Of a stretch of DNA of 64,000 nt, positions 40,729 to 54,037 are shown piece by piece. This DNA comes from Kudoa neothunni. Taxonomy: Eukaryota > Animalia > Cnidaria. The stretch lies in contig OZ199839.1 of the NCBI GenBank assembly GCA_964304625.1, positions 9,252,528 to 9,316,527 on the forward strand. The letters are read 5' to 3'. Each line of letters starts with the position of its first letter. The first letter of the stretch is position 1. The translations under genes were made by a program, and so were the position numbers. The notes beneath the pieces are model-generated. The model did not search any database. It was not told the DNA's origin and saw only the letters and a program-made list of their open reading frames with translations.

Positions 40729-42399
40729 TTAATCTCCTATATTGTGTGGAACTCGAAAAATTTCCCTGTGGCGCGCACGATGTGGGGTATTTTGGAATTC
40801 CAGTAAATTTAACCTTTCTTTGAAACCTCTCGCCACAAAATCTCACATACATAAACAACTCTTTTTAATGATTCTTAACAGTAGTATGAAATTTTTTAAA
40901 AATCTCAAAATTAAAAAAAATGTTATGAATCATCTAATTGCATAACACACGATTTTTCGATTATGTCGCTCATAACGAGCAAACAAGAAGCTTTGGTTAT
41001 CATACCACTTCCAGAACTGGGAAGAATAAAAATGACATTTGTTTACAAGGTGTTTCTGTAATTATTCAACCAATCATATTTTTGTAACAACTCAGATTGG
41101 TTCTAAACTCGTTGATTATGACTGATATCAACAGCAACAAAATAATCACTTATTGTATCTGAATTATCCGATATAACCTGCAAAAGAAAATTTTATTATA
41201 ATATGACTCATCTTTAAATATTTACCGACATGCGAGATATATATAAAAGAAATTTAAACCGTGTTAATTCCTAGTTAATCTTTATCTACGCCGTAGAATA
41301 CATCGGGTGTAATCATTGTCTAATATAAATATTACTGTTTTCTCGATATATTTATAATTTTAGGAATATTTCTTGGTTAATAATAATGTTATTATGCTTA
41401 TTGTATTTGAAAAGTACTAAATTAACATTTTTGACGATAATAAATTTGAATCCATGCAAAGGAAACATATTTTTCAAATTAATTATTTATCTAATGCTAT
41501 TGATATTTTCGAAAATAAATTTAGCATTTAATTGAAGAATACGATAAAAATGAGAAATGCTTAAATTAGAATTCCGAAATGCGCTGAACCGTTCCGGGAG
41601 GGTTTAAAAAAATTATCATAGATAACAATTGATATCGGCATAAATTTTTATTTTAAATTCACGTATATGATAATTTAAATGGAGGGATTATATGACGAGA
41701 AAATAAAAAAATGGTAGAATTACTTTGTGGCATTTGAATTATGTTATATTCAGATTTTCGATAAAATATCACATTTTCATAGATTCAGTTATTAATAGAT
41801 ACTTATGACAAAAAAAGTAAAACTTGATTTTTTACATTTACCTTAAATATATTTCAAAAAATTGCTTGAGGAATATTACATATTTATAACCAATATACAT
41901 ATAAACCATTGAAAATCAATTATTTTATTGGGGGATAATTGCGATGCTTTATTCTTCGTATTATGACAATGTATAATTTTTTTTATTATAATGCACTCAT
42001 TAAAATGGCAAAATTTAAAAATTATATAATCTTAAAATTTGTCAGGTTCAAATTTTTATATGAATCCTTGCATAAAATTTTATAGATTGAATAAAAATAT
42101 ATCTAAAATATTTATAAACTAAAACTCATATTTATGAATAATAAATGTTCGCAAAATTTTCATTTTACCTCTTATTACATGAATAAATTGATTTGTTTAG
42201 TTCGCAAAATATAACATTTTCATATTAGGACGTAAACTAACTTTTGGTCGAATGGTTATGTTTTAAAATAATTTTAAATAACAAAAATGTTAAATATTAA
42301 GAAAAATAAAGAAATTTTCTGGTTTATGTAAGCATAGGAAAGATTACACGTGGGAACGATTTTGCTAGAAGTGGGATTTGGTTGAAATTTAGATGTTAT

Positions 42400-44140
42400 T
42401 TCTCGAGGGCTGAATTTTTGCATTCTATGTTTATTTTATTTATGAAAATCGTGAAAAAATAGACTAAAAATGATTTTTTTCAGATATCACAGGTTTTATA
42501 ACAATCATTCTTTCAGTTGTTAGTAGGATATTTTCTCTGGGTTTATTGAACCTGAATCGAAAAATTCATTAGGCGAAGACCGATTTGGATTTGTTAGAAA
42601 TGGTGATGAAAATGACGAATTATTTGAAAGCATAAATGTTTTATTCATAATTAACAACTCAGATTTGGTACTAACTTCTCGATCTTTTTGTTAAATAGCT
42701 TACATAACACCCCCATCCCCCTAAAATGGAGACCCATTTTTAAAATTTACTTTCTCCTTCTGGGAATATTGGGGATGCAATTAATTCCAAAAACATTATT
42801 AAAACTTTTTAATTTTTCATTTCAAATGATATTGTTCAACTATAACTCAATTCACCAATGTATCCTGTGAGAGTATGAATAGAACAAACGAAAAGGTAAT
42901 GATGGTTGAGCTAAACTCTTTTCTGGGGATCCTAATTGCATCTCGTCGTTTAAATGGTCATTTTTTTCTCTGAAAAATATACCGGGCTCTAATATCTTAT
43001 TTTAACTGTTTTATTTCTCCAAAATTTTATCTTGAGACAGATTCACCTATATTTACTGAAAGATAGGGTTTGATGATAACCCCACTAAATCATATTCTTT
43101 CCAACATACGAGATGTAAATTTGAACCAATACATAACGTACTTAAGTTATTCAACAACGAGCGTTTGAATTATTCCTCATCGGGTTAGTATATCACTGCA
43201 GATGAACGTCTGCTGCGCATGAAAAATATGCTCTTTATAGTTTATAAAGTTTATATGAGTAGTAAGCTCGGTCATTATGGAATGAGATTCTATGCAGCTT
43301 TCGATTGGGAAACCAGTCACTTGTGGGATATTTAAAAAGTAAATCGGATATAAGATGGAACGGAAGAGTCAAATCAACGAGAACCTTTGGTCACTGATAT
43401 TATATAAACTTATTTGAATCTGGTAGAAGAGTTACTGTACTTAATTTGTTCAATTAGGTTTCTTTCTCCAAAGAATTTTTACTTATTGAAATAGCAGTGA
43501 CAAAAAATTCATTTTAATAAACGTTAAGTGTTTTCTTCAATCTTTGGATTCACTGGTGATCTCACTATGATTTAATATGATTTGAAGAAGAATCATCATA
43601 GAAATCTGTTGTCAAGCGATCATAACGATATTTCGCCAGAGGAAGGTAAACGAAAACAAACTCAAATTATCTCGAACTATAATTCTACCAAGGACGACGT
43701 AGATAATACTGATAAAATGCCGTTTTCTTATCCATGTTCTAAGTCTACGCGCTTTAGTTCTAAAAATATCTGTGGATACGACTGAAATGAGAGCTTTAAA
43801 CGCTTATGTTATTTATATTTTAAAGTATCCCTAATGGCAATCAAATAGTCGAGTTAAAAGAGTATCTTTTACGTCAACACTCAGTTGAATTAATCAAGTA
43901 TAACGCCATTAAGCATCAAATGCTATTTAACAAACTTTCTAATCACTTAACCTATGATTTTGAACAATTTAAAATCCAAAATAATACAAGCGATTTTTTG
44001 ATTCCGTCAGTTCGTTTTTCGGAATTTACCTATTATTAATAAGTGTTAATTCTATTTGCGCAACAAAAATTAAAAACAAAAAAATTTTAATATTGTATGG
44101 ACTGCTTTAGCTAAAAAGTTTGATGCTTCATTTCATGCAT
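42400..44140 (+). mobile_element. decayed near-full-length piggyBac transposase
   Basis: Collinear frameshifted motifs ELNSFLGILIAS, GFDD, KFEPI, YITADERLL, KVYMSSKLGHYGMRFYAAFDWET and QIISNYNSTKDDVDNTDKM...STR. Termini not identified; boundaries approximate. Confidence 0.8.
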
Positions 44141-44830
44141 GATAAGCTCAGTCTCTATATACGTTTATCAAAATAATTTCAATGTGATAATCATGAATTC
44201 ACATTAGTCTGCGAAAAAACGAAAGGCATTATTATTAACATAATTTTCAAAGAATTATTTTTGAACATGTTTAAATAAAATCAAGATTATTACAGAGTCG
44301 CTGTTTTAGCGCCAAACATTCCCCGTTATGTCAAATTAATTCCGAAAGGAGAAAAGCGGGAGGCCTGATCTTAAAAAAACCCAACAATTTTTTAAGCAAA
44401 TATCTATCTTTCATAAATTCTGAATTTGGATTTTCATATGATTATGATTAATGTTTGACTTTTGATCAGATTATCTGTTATAACTGACCACATTGGTAGC
44501 GCATGATCCTTTCGATAAAATCGTATATAAAATAATAAAATTTAACTAATGAGTTATCAATACTATTTTCAGTTTCTTAAATGTAAAATATTTAAATCGT
44601 TTATTAAGAAGCGATTCGCACTAGTGTATACCCTTAATTTGCTGGGATATCTCAGTGAAGTATCGTAACCAACTGAACAAACTTCTGAACGCTAAAAAGA
44701 AAGATTTAACATATAATATTTTACGTAAATAACAAAACTCAATTATAACTACAACCAAAATATTAATATTAGATGAAGTAAATTGATTCAACGGAATGTC
44801 AAAACATACGCAATAACCACGTGTAGGACA

Positions 44831-46781
44831 ATGAGGAGATCGAAGGAGGATGAGGCGTTGGAAAGTTTGGTGGGTGCGTCATTTCTAAAACATTCTCTCA
44901 ATGCAGAAAGTCAGCGAGAAAAATTAATCTCACATACAATAACTCAAGTTTGCAGACTGTGAACATTCCTATAAATGGCGTGGCTATTTAGGGCAAGATG
45001 CCAGAGAAGGGATGGGATGAAGCAACACTTTCATATTTCATCCATAAAATAGCATGCTTAGATACCAACAATTTCGTAGGTGATTTTCATCACTACATTG
45101 TTACTTTAAAGCTGAATCCTGCCAAACGTAGATAATGTAGGGGTAGGAGAACGAGAAGGTCGCGTATTCTCTAAAATGATTTCCAATAGGCATTATCGGT
45201 TAGTACATTAGTCGCTGTGATTTACAACACTCATCAAATTCACGTAGAATGTCTCATGGCATTGGGCGTTCGGGGGAACCTCTACGAATTACAACCCAAA
45301 GCAATGGGTTCGTCTGTTCTTTACAAACTTTGCAATAGATTGGTTTGTCATGCTATCAATCTTTGCGGTTATTAAACTATTTTCGATAAAATTTAAAATT
45401 AAAGTATGGTTTTCCGTTGTGGGATTGTAGGAGTGACGTCAATCAAGAGGTGTCTGGTAGTTCCAGTTGCCACAGGAATGGCTATGACCTTGTGTTTATT
45501 GACCCTGAGAAGATTGAAACCTCAAGCAAAATTTGTGCTTTGGAGTCGAATCGATCAAAAGTCTTGTTTCAAGTGTATTTTAACAGCAGGTACAATTCAA
45601 AGAGTTCGCTTCTTATTCGCATCCATTTGTCAATAAATTGTGCATAGGCTGCACCCCTGTAATTATCGAAAATCTTATTGATGAAGATCATCTTCGAACC
45701 AACACCGACCAATTAGTAGACAAGATTGAAAAGCTCGGTCCGCAGAATATTCTCTGTGTCATATCAACGACTAGTTGCTTCGCTCCTAGAACACCAGACA
45801 AGTATGAAGTGGATTTGGTGTTATGGATTTTTTATTGTAAATTAACGGTGAAGTGCGGAAGTGATTGCCGAGCTGTGTTACAAATATGGTCTTTATCATT
45901 TGTTGAATAACGCGTATGGTCTACAGCACAGTGGAATTGTGCATCAAATCAACAAAGTATCCTCGACCAATCACAGTTGATCTGTAATAATAATGATTAT
46001 TGTGGAGGCTATTCTTAGTAAAAATTCTGAAATAACGTACGTGGTTCAAAGTACGGATAAGAACTTTTTGGTGCCAGTTGGCGGGAGCGTAATATACTCA
46101 AAAAACAACACCAACAACGGAACTTCTTTTTTGGAGCTTCTAGCAGAAAATTATCCAGGTATATTATTTTTTTGACGAAAATTCATTTTTTTACTGATAA
46201 TAGGAAGGGCTTCTGCTTCGCCTATATTAGATCTTTGTATTACTCTGCTGGAATTGGGACAAAAAACTTGGATAAAATTGCTAAGTGATCGAAAGGTTAG
46301 TTGTTTTATATAAGGATTCATTTTCCTACAATATGTGATAGGAATGTTATGAGTATATGCTTGAAAAATTGAATATTATTGCAGGAAACCATGGCGATAT
46401 TATTAAAGTTTTATCAGTTCCTAAAAATGGCATTTCTATAGCTGTTACAACTACCGAACATGAAAATAAAGAAAATAACTCGTTTCTATGGAAAGTTGCA
46501 GAAAGACTCTATTATAAACATATTTCTGGAGCAAGGTTTAAAATATTAAAATACCTTCATATTAGCAGTAATTCTAACTATGTTGTTTATTTAGGTATGT
46601 GAAAAAAGGGAAACAATTCAATATCGATACTTATAGTTTTAAAAATTGGGGCCAACATAGCGACAACTATCCACATTCAGAATACATCACATTGGCGGTG
46701 TCTATTGGAATGAATAAAAAAAATGTTGATGAATTCTGTCAAAAATTTGACGCAGTTTTGAAAACTATTATTAAAAATTGA
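44831..46781 (+). CDS. SEPSECS: O-phosphoseryl-tRNA(Sec) selenium transferase, 11 exons, one apparent +1 frameshift
   Basis: Motifs [89 protein letters not shown] (PLP lysine), YPGRASASP. Ten short GT-AG introns; the G5 run at 45272-45276 has one G too many for the frame. Confidence 0.95.
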
Positions 46782-49320
46782 TTTAATTACATATTTTCTC
46801 CTATATTTGAATACGTATGTGTAAGTTATTTTTAATCGTTAACTAGCGTGAAATTATAACTATGTCTGATAAGGGGTGATTAAATATCGAGAATTTTTAT
46901 TTATTCTTTTAAATCAATCGAATATTAAAATATATCATTCAATGTTTTGTTGGATTTGATGTATTTTAAGGATTATATATTTTAGCTGCATTACAGAAAA
47001 TTATATTCAGACCAAACTATGCATAGATTCTCTAGTAAAAATCCATTAAACTATATCATTAAATTAATTAAAATATAGATATAATTACTTAATAGTTGAA
47101 AATAAAACACGCTGAAAAATATAAATCCAGCAGAAATATTTATTAACGGCGATACTAAAAAATTATTGCCTTATTATAAAAAATTTATTAATAGTAAAAT
47201 ATCGATAATTTTACAGTCAATAACATGATTAAAAATCTTGTAGAATGAAATAAACTTACGTATAATTTTATACCAAAAGGATAACCAATAATATTACCAT
47301 TTTTGACGTTTTTTTATAACGGATCTCTTTTTGATATAGCAAATATGAATCATCAAATATAGTTTTGTTGAAATAAATATTAATACTATTTTATAACTGA
47401 TTTGATGTAAATATAACATTTCTGTTCCAATTTCTTGGAATCAAACAATTGTAATTTGTACAATTTTTTCAGTGATTTAGAGCTCTGTTAATTAACCTTT
47501 AGGTACAAGTGTATGAAAAAATATTTTATAGTCAATAACGAACAAAAATAATTATCACCTTTAAAACTTAGGAATCCCAATTCGGAATAGCACGCGGAAA
47601 ACAAAAACGAATAAATAGTTAACTTATTTATTTCTTAATGTAAAAAAATAATTTAAATGATTTTATATAATCAATATGTTAAAATATATGGGGAATAATG
47701 CAATTAGAAGTTATTTTTTGAAGTCGAATTTTTGCTCTCCATATTTATTTATTTTATCAAAAGGAATCGTAAATAATTGGCGATAAAAAATATGCGCAAA
47801 AGGATTCTTTCAGGTGTCACAAGCTATATAAATATCAAATATTCCTATATAATTCACCATTTTCGTATTATACATTCATGAGACTTAATAAATTAACATC
47901 ACAAATAATTATGATGAATAAGAGATGATAATATTTATCAATTCACATAAATGCTATGATAACAACGATATTCCTAATGGTAAACATATTTAATCCGCCT
48001 ATAAAATTGAAATCCATTAAAAAATAACTTGTTAAAATGAAGATTAAAGAATATTGACTTCAAAATGAATAAATTAAAATAAATTATAAACGATCCACAT
48101 TTAGTAATTTAACCTTGTCATATTTGCGTGTTTGTGAACAAACAATTACAGAAGGAAGAATTAGAAAAATTTTCACGTTTCATGGGATGATGTTAGTATT
48201 ATGAAATTCTACTAATACCAAAGTTAGCACCTAAATCAACTATGCAAATTGAGAATAATAAACGCAACAATTCGATAATTTTCATTTCCGGACAAGCGAT
48301 ATGAAAAATGTCATATAACATTTTGATCCAGTGAAAATTGAAAAAAAGACTCTCCATAATTAAAAGTTTTAGCAACGCGCTATATAAATATATAGTATTT
48401 TCTGCACATAGGTACATTCGGACAAACACACATCTCTTGTAATGTATGGATTTAGATCGGTTAGTTCATCTTTAATTATTTATGAGACCACTCACAATCT
48501 CGATTGAATACTTTACTACATTATATATTTTTGTATTTATTAAAACATTTATACTTTATTGTATTTTTCGAATGATGTCTACAACAGAAGATTACATGAA
48601 ACCAAAATCTAATAAACATAATCCTTTATATTAAAAGTAACCTTATAAGCTGCTTGAGGTCGAAATACACCTCATTTTATTTATGAAGTTAAAGTACCCA
48701 TTGACTTAAATAAAGTTCGAACAAATAATATGTGTTACTAAATATTAATCATGATTTTTGTATAAATTAAACGTTTACTTTAAGTATAGCATAATAACTC
48801 CATCAGATAAATATCGCTATTCTGGCAGACCCATTCGCTTATTCATGGAAAAATATTATATTATCGAGGAATTTCATTTCACTCACCATGTGCATTATAA
48901 CAGAAATGAAATGCGATTGTGGATTAAATTTAGTACAATATTCGAATGGTTATTCTATATTGCAGTTACCAAATTTATAAAACCAAGATAAAAATTGATT
49001 TTAATTAAACAATAAATTTTATACAGTTTATTGATTGAATGAGTTGTATTGGAACTTGATATGCTCAGAATATATTATTTAAAGGGGATTTCAGAATTAA
49101 ATAATGTTGAATGGATTGATTCATTAAAAGCTGCTTATTGAAATAGAACTTTCATAAAAAATAATTATTATAATTTATATTTAAATAATAGATTATATCT
49201 TAATAAAAATCATTAAGGATAAATTATTTATTTCACGTACGAAATTAAGAAATAATAGGTGAAATATTTAAGAATGATCTAATCACATCATCATATCCAA
49301 ATTTTAAGTATTGCTAAATT

Positions 49321-52300
49321 ATGCCGAGTCAGGAAAGTAAAGTCGAAACAAACGAGGTTGATAATAGTTCCTCTGCTAGTGGCAGTCATGAAATATTTGA
49401 TGGAGAATTTCATGCCAGTATAAAAAAATTGCCAGGAAAATTGGAGAAGATGGAGAAGATAACAAACAAATATATTTTTGTGTGTGCAATCGATTTTGGA
49501 AGTACTTACTCGGGCTATGCTTATTCATACACCAAACAACCTGAGATTGTTCGTGTCATGAAGGATATCTCATCCAACTACAACCATACATTCTACCAAA
49601 AAGTTCCAACGGTGTTGTTGATGGATAGCGATGAGCATTTTGTCGCTTTTGGATATGAAGCCAAACAAAAATATCATAAAATGGATGAATCACAGGCGAA
49701 CCATTACAATTATTTCGATAAATTTAAAATGAAACTTCACTATTCGAAAGTAATTCAACCTGTGTGATATTGTTTTTAGTACGATTTGACATTAACCAAT
49801 GAGATCTTAGAATATCGATAACGATCTCCTTATAACCGCAGCCAATGGAACTTTTCATAGTGCAATGAAAGTGTTTTCGTTGTCGTTGAAACACATGAAA
49901 ACGTTATTTATGAACGAAATCGAAAATGAATTCTGCGTAAAAATCCCAGAAAACAAAGTAAAATGGGTTCTCACGGTTCCATCAATTTGGTTGGAAGAAG
50001 CTAAACAATTTATGAGATTGGCAGCCTACAAGGTACGCTTTCTATTGGTGGTGACTCGTGTGATGTTAGAAAATATTTGTTTTACAGGCAGGAATAGGAT
50101 CCGAATCAAATCCAAGTCAACTGAAAATAGCATTAGAACCAGAAGCGGCTTCAATCTATTGTAGATCTTTACGAATAAGAGACTGTTTGCTGGATGAGAG
50201 TTTATTCACGAGAACCATAGACACCAAATTAGAATCTGCTATCAGATGTATGCTTGAATGCTTTAACCTTCTAAGTAGCTGAAAAATTTACACACTTCAA
50301 ATAAAAATTAAAAATGAGGTAAAATCTATCCCACTTTTTTTAATTGATAGAATCATCTCAAATAAAAGTCTTCATTGACTGACAAAATACGTGCAAAATT
50401 CATCGAGTAAATGCTGAATAAATGACCAATTATTAATGTTATACTCAGTGCACGCATATTTATGTTGCTACATTAATACGGAGTATGATTGCATTTCTAG
50501 GGGTATTTAGTTTTAATATTTAATTCAAGTTTTATAACAGCTGTCAATTAATTTATCTTATTTAAACAACGCAGTGTAATACTGCGTAGCGAAATTCAAA
50601 ATAATGCTTATTTCACAAAAAGCATTATTATATATGTTTTTTAATACCCTCTTCAACGTTAGACTAAGAAACTTAATGAAAAGTCATTATATTTTGAATA
50701 ATTGATATAAGAATAATGAGAGAATGAGGAGCTATCGTTGAATTCTGGAGAAGGTGACATGTCTGTATCAATATTGCGCATGCGTCGTCATATCACATGT
50801 GTAGCGTTTCATTATTTATTCACTATTTACTGCATAGATTTTCCGTAAATTTTTAAAAATGACATTTATAAATATTTTAAATAATTTTATGAAAGAAAAA
50901 TGTGGGGTAGATTTCTACCCCATTTTATTTGGAAGGTGTTTTTACATTAACTTTTTTGATGTGAGACAAAAAAAAATATCAATTCATTTTTCTTAAAGCT
51001 TTAATAAAGATAAATGGTTAAAAAACTGGAGAGGAGTTATGTGCAATTAATAAACTATAATATTGTTGACAAAATTCACTTGGGGTAGAATTCTACCCCA
51101 TTCTACTTAGAAGGTTAAAATTATATTCGACTAAACAGCTATAAATTAAAATATAGTTAACAAATACATTATTATGGATTGTGGAGGAGGTACTGTTGAT
51201 GTATCGATCCATGAGTTGGATGTGAAGAATCAATACATAAAAGAATTGAGCGTTTCGGGTGGGGAGCCTGTAGGTGGAATGATGGTCAACGACAAGTTCG
51301 AAATTGTTCTCATCGAGATTTTTGGTTCGAATTTTATAAAAAAATTTAAAAAAAAGTATCCAGGGAACTGGTTGGATATTATTGACAATTTCGACACCCA
51401 AAAAACGCAGTCTCAAAGCCTACTCCACCGACAGTATCAACATACCCCTTCCCTACAACATGGTGAAATACTTAAAAAAACACAAACACACCACCATAGA
51501 AAGCTATTTGAAAACAAAAAAACGATTAGGTGTCTTATGGTCTGAACAAGGAGCGTTGGTGGTCAGTTATAATCTCGTGAAAACTATATTTATGGATGTC
51601 ATCAACTCAATAATACAATTAATCACTAAACTCATCTCAAAGCCGGAACTGGCTGACGTAAAACATTGCTTTTTAGTCGGAGGATTCTCCAATTCGTTTA
51701 TTCTGCAAAATGAATTGAGAAATCATTTCCACCAACGTCTTAGCATTATCACTCCATCCGATTCCACCCTTAGCACTTTGAAAGGGGCAGTAATGTTTGG
51801 ATTGGATAGCAGTATTATAAGAATACGCCGATCCAGCCACTCGTACGGAATTAGATGTCTTCAAAAATTCAACCCCGAAAAACACTGCCCTTTAAAAAAA
51901 GTCACTATCAACAACGTTGACTACTGTAAAGATATATTGTACACTTTTGTAAAAGTGAACGATTCCATTGGGTACAACGATAGAGTAAGCATTCTGAAAT
52001 GAGATGTGTTTAAGCATAAACAAATAACAAATTCGATCGATTTTAGATAACCAAAACACTAATGAAACAAGATCTCAAACAACGACTTTCCTCTTTTATT
52101 ATCTACCGAACCAAAAATTTAAATGCTCTCTATGTGACAGACCAAGGTGTTGATGTGTGTGGAAGGTTCTCCTGCGACTTTTCTCATAAAACCAACAACA
52201 CACTGATTCGAATCGAATTCTATTTTGGAAAAACTCAGATTGAAGTAAAAATAAATTTGCTCAATCTATGCTTTTATTGATTGTTTTTTAGGTAAAGGCT

Positions 52301-52357
52301 CATGATGCTGAAGACAACGAACTAATTCACTCCAAATTCCATTATTTCAGCTATTAA
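49321..52357 (+). CDS. HSPA12: heat shock 70 kDa protein 12-like, 6 exons, one apparent +1 frameshift
   Basis: Exons 49321-49749, 49811-50032, 50088-50247, 51157-51984, 52047-52244, 52292-52357. Motifs AIDFGSTYSGYAYS, QKVPTVLL, FKMKLH, WVLTVPSIW..AKQFMRLAAY, IALEPEAASIYCR, MDCGGGTVD, FLVGGFS, LKGAVMFGLD. Extra A in the A6 run at 51400-51405. Confidence 0.93.
50267..51114 (-). mobile_element. 848-bp piggyBac MITE inside HSPA12 intron 3
   Basis: Perfect 12-bp TIRs CCTTCTAAGTAG / CTACTTAGAAGG; TTAA TSDs at 50263-50266 and 51115-51118; perfect palindrome TGGGGTAGAATTCTACCCCA at 51081-51100. Segments 50902-50951 and 51078-51118 match 883-932 and 1065-1105 of the element at window start. Confidence 0.92.
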
Positions 52358-54037
52358 ACACACATATATTCCTTCATAAAATAGTTAAGGATATTATTCT
52401 TCCTATATGCGGCAAGGTTTTGATATTGTCTAATTTGTACTAAGTTACACAACCTAATGCGGTATAATTAAACCCTTCTTAATACCTAACACCTATTACT
52501 CGCGACCACAATAAATATAATTTGTTTCTCAATTAAACAATTTAAATTTAGATTACCTAATTCTCTTTTTATTCTCATCTTATATTATTATTACTATTAC
52601 ATGTGAATCAGAGAGTTGTTTTCGAAGTCTCCCTCGGGAAAGCTCTTGTGATTAAATTGATGGTACAGTTGGCGACCACAAACTCATAACTTTTTTATTT
52701 TCCACATACTCTTAAAAAAAATTTCCCAACAAAATAACAATAATTTTTTTAATTTTAAAATAGCTCTTAGGAAACTTTAAAATAAGTTTATAATAAGAAT
52801 TACATTTTACAACATTAGCTTTTAAAAAAAGTCTAAAATTGCTGGATCCCCATCGTCCCCTAAGGAATTTTTCCGAGCACTGTCCTTCGAGGGGTAAAAA
52901 TTCTGCGGAATAAGGTATGTCTCTGTGAATGAAGCAATTGAAAGATAGAGCAAACGACCAAAAAAATATTAAAACTTCTACTGAATGTATCAATGCTTGG
53001 ATAAAAGTTAAAGTCGTTAGGCCATCATAAGCGTCATGGATGTTTTAAAAACATGTTTTCAGTTTCTGTCAGCTGTGAATTCGATTCATAAGCCTGAGTG
53101 ACCTGTTTTACCTGCAAAAATACAAAATAAAGTTAAATCATCTATCAATAAGAAAATAAATTTGTTCCCAAATAATGCAAGTTATCAATTTATTTATCTC
53201 CTGAATTTTCTTCTCAAGAAATACCGCGTTAATATTGTAGATTTTAGCTCGGACAAAATTAGCTTTATTGAATCAATATATCGCGAAAGTTTAATGATAC
53301 ATCATAAAATCAATGCAAACGTAGGGTTAGGTAACTTATCAGTTGATATTATGGAAGAGACTATAATCTAAGAGATTCATGGAATGCATTAGCTCAGGAG
53401 ACCAATAAAAATTGTCTTTATTAAAATACTCTTCAAAATGAATAAAAATGAGATTGTGCATGTAAAATTATTAATGATTCAAATTAATATTCTACACCCT
53501 TAAACAGTTGAAGATAAAACTACTTAAGAAATAAAAATAAATGAGCAAATTAAACAAAATTCATCGCAAATTTTGCTTGAAAAACGTCACAAAAATTAAA
53601 TATATTATTTAAAACCTCTCGTTATTGTGGAACTAATAAAATTTTAATTTTGATTTCTGAAGTCTATTAAATAGTAGGATAAAAATAACCGGTATTTTTC
53701 TCCAAGTAACATTAGATAGTATGATTTCTGAATATATCATGGTTGTGCACACAATTAGAAAGTAGGAATTTAGGGTATATTCTGTTTAATCCGCAATTTA
53801 TTGAAGTCTCAAAGTGATTACGAATTAGTGGTAACTCATGGTATACATTTTCTAATGTATTTTTGAATTAAAATCGAAAATATTACTCTGTGTTAAATTT
53901 GAGGAAATCTGAAAAAAATATTCTGAGATAGTGTAATCTTTTCAGAATTTTCTGAAAAGAAAAAAAATAAATGGTGAACACATTCATAAAGAGAAAATAG
54001 TGGAATTATAATCGAATGATTATCATTAAAAATAGCA

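Noticed and set aside
52590-53370. ORF 52712-52993 and a downstream in-frame TGA (KKL*VCGRQ) as a possible selenoprotein; alternatively a Penelope-like relic on the + strand
   Set aside because: No consistent splice model, no recognisable selenoprotein family or SECIS, and the retroelement similarity is too faint to call.
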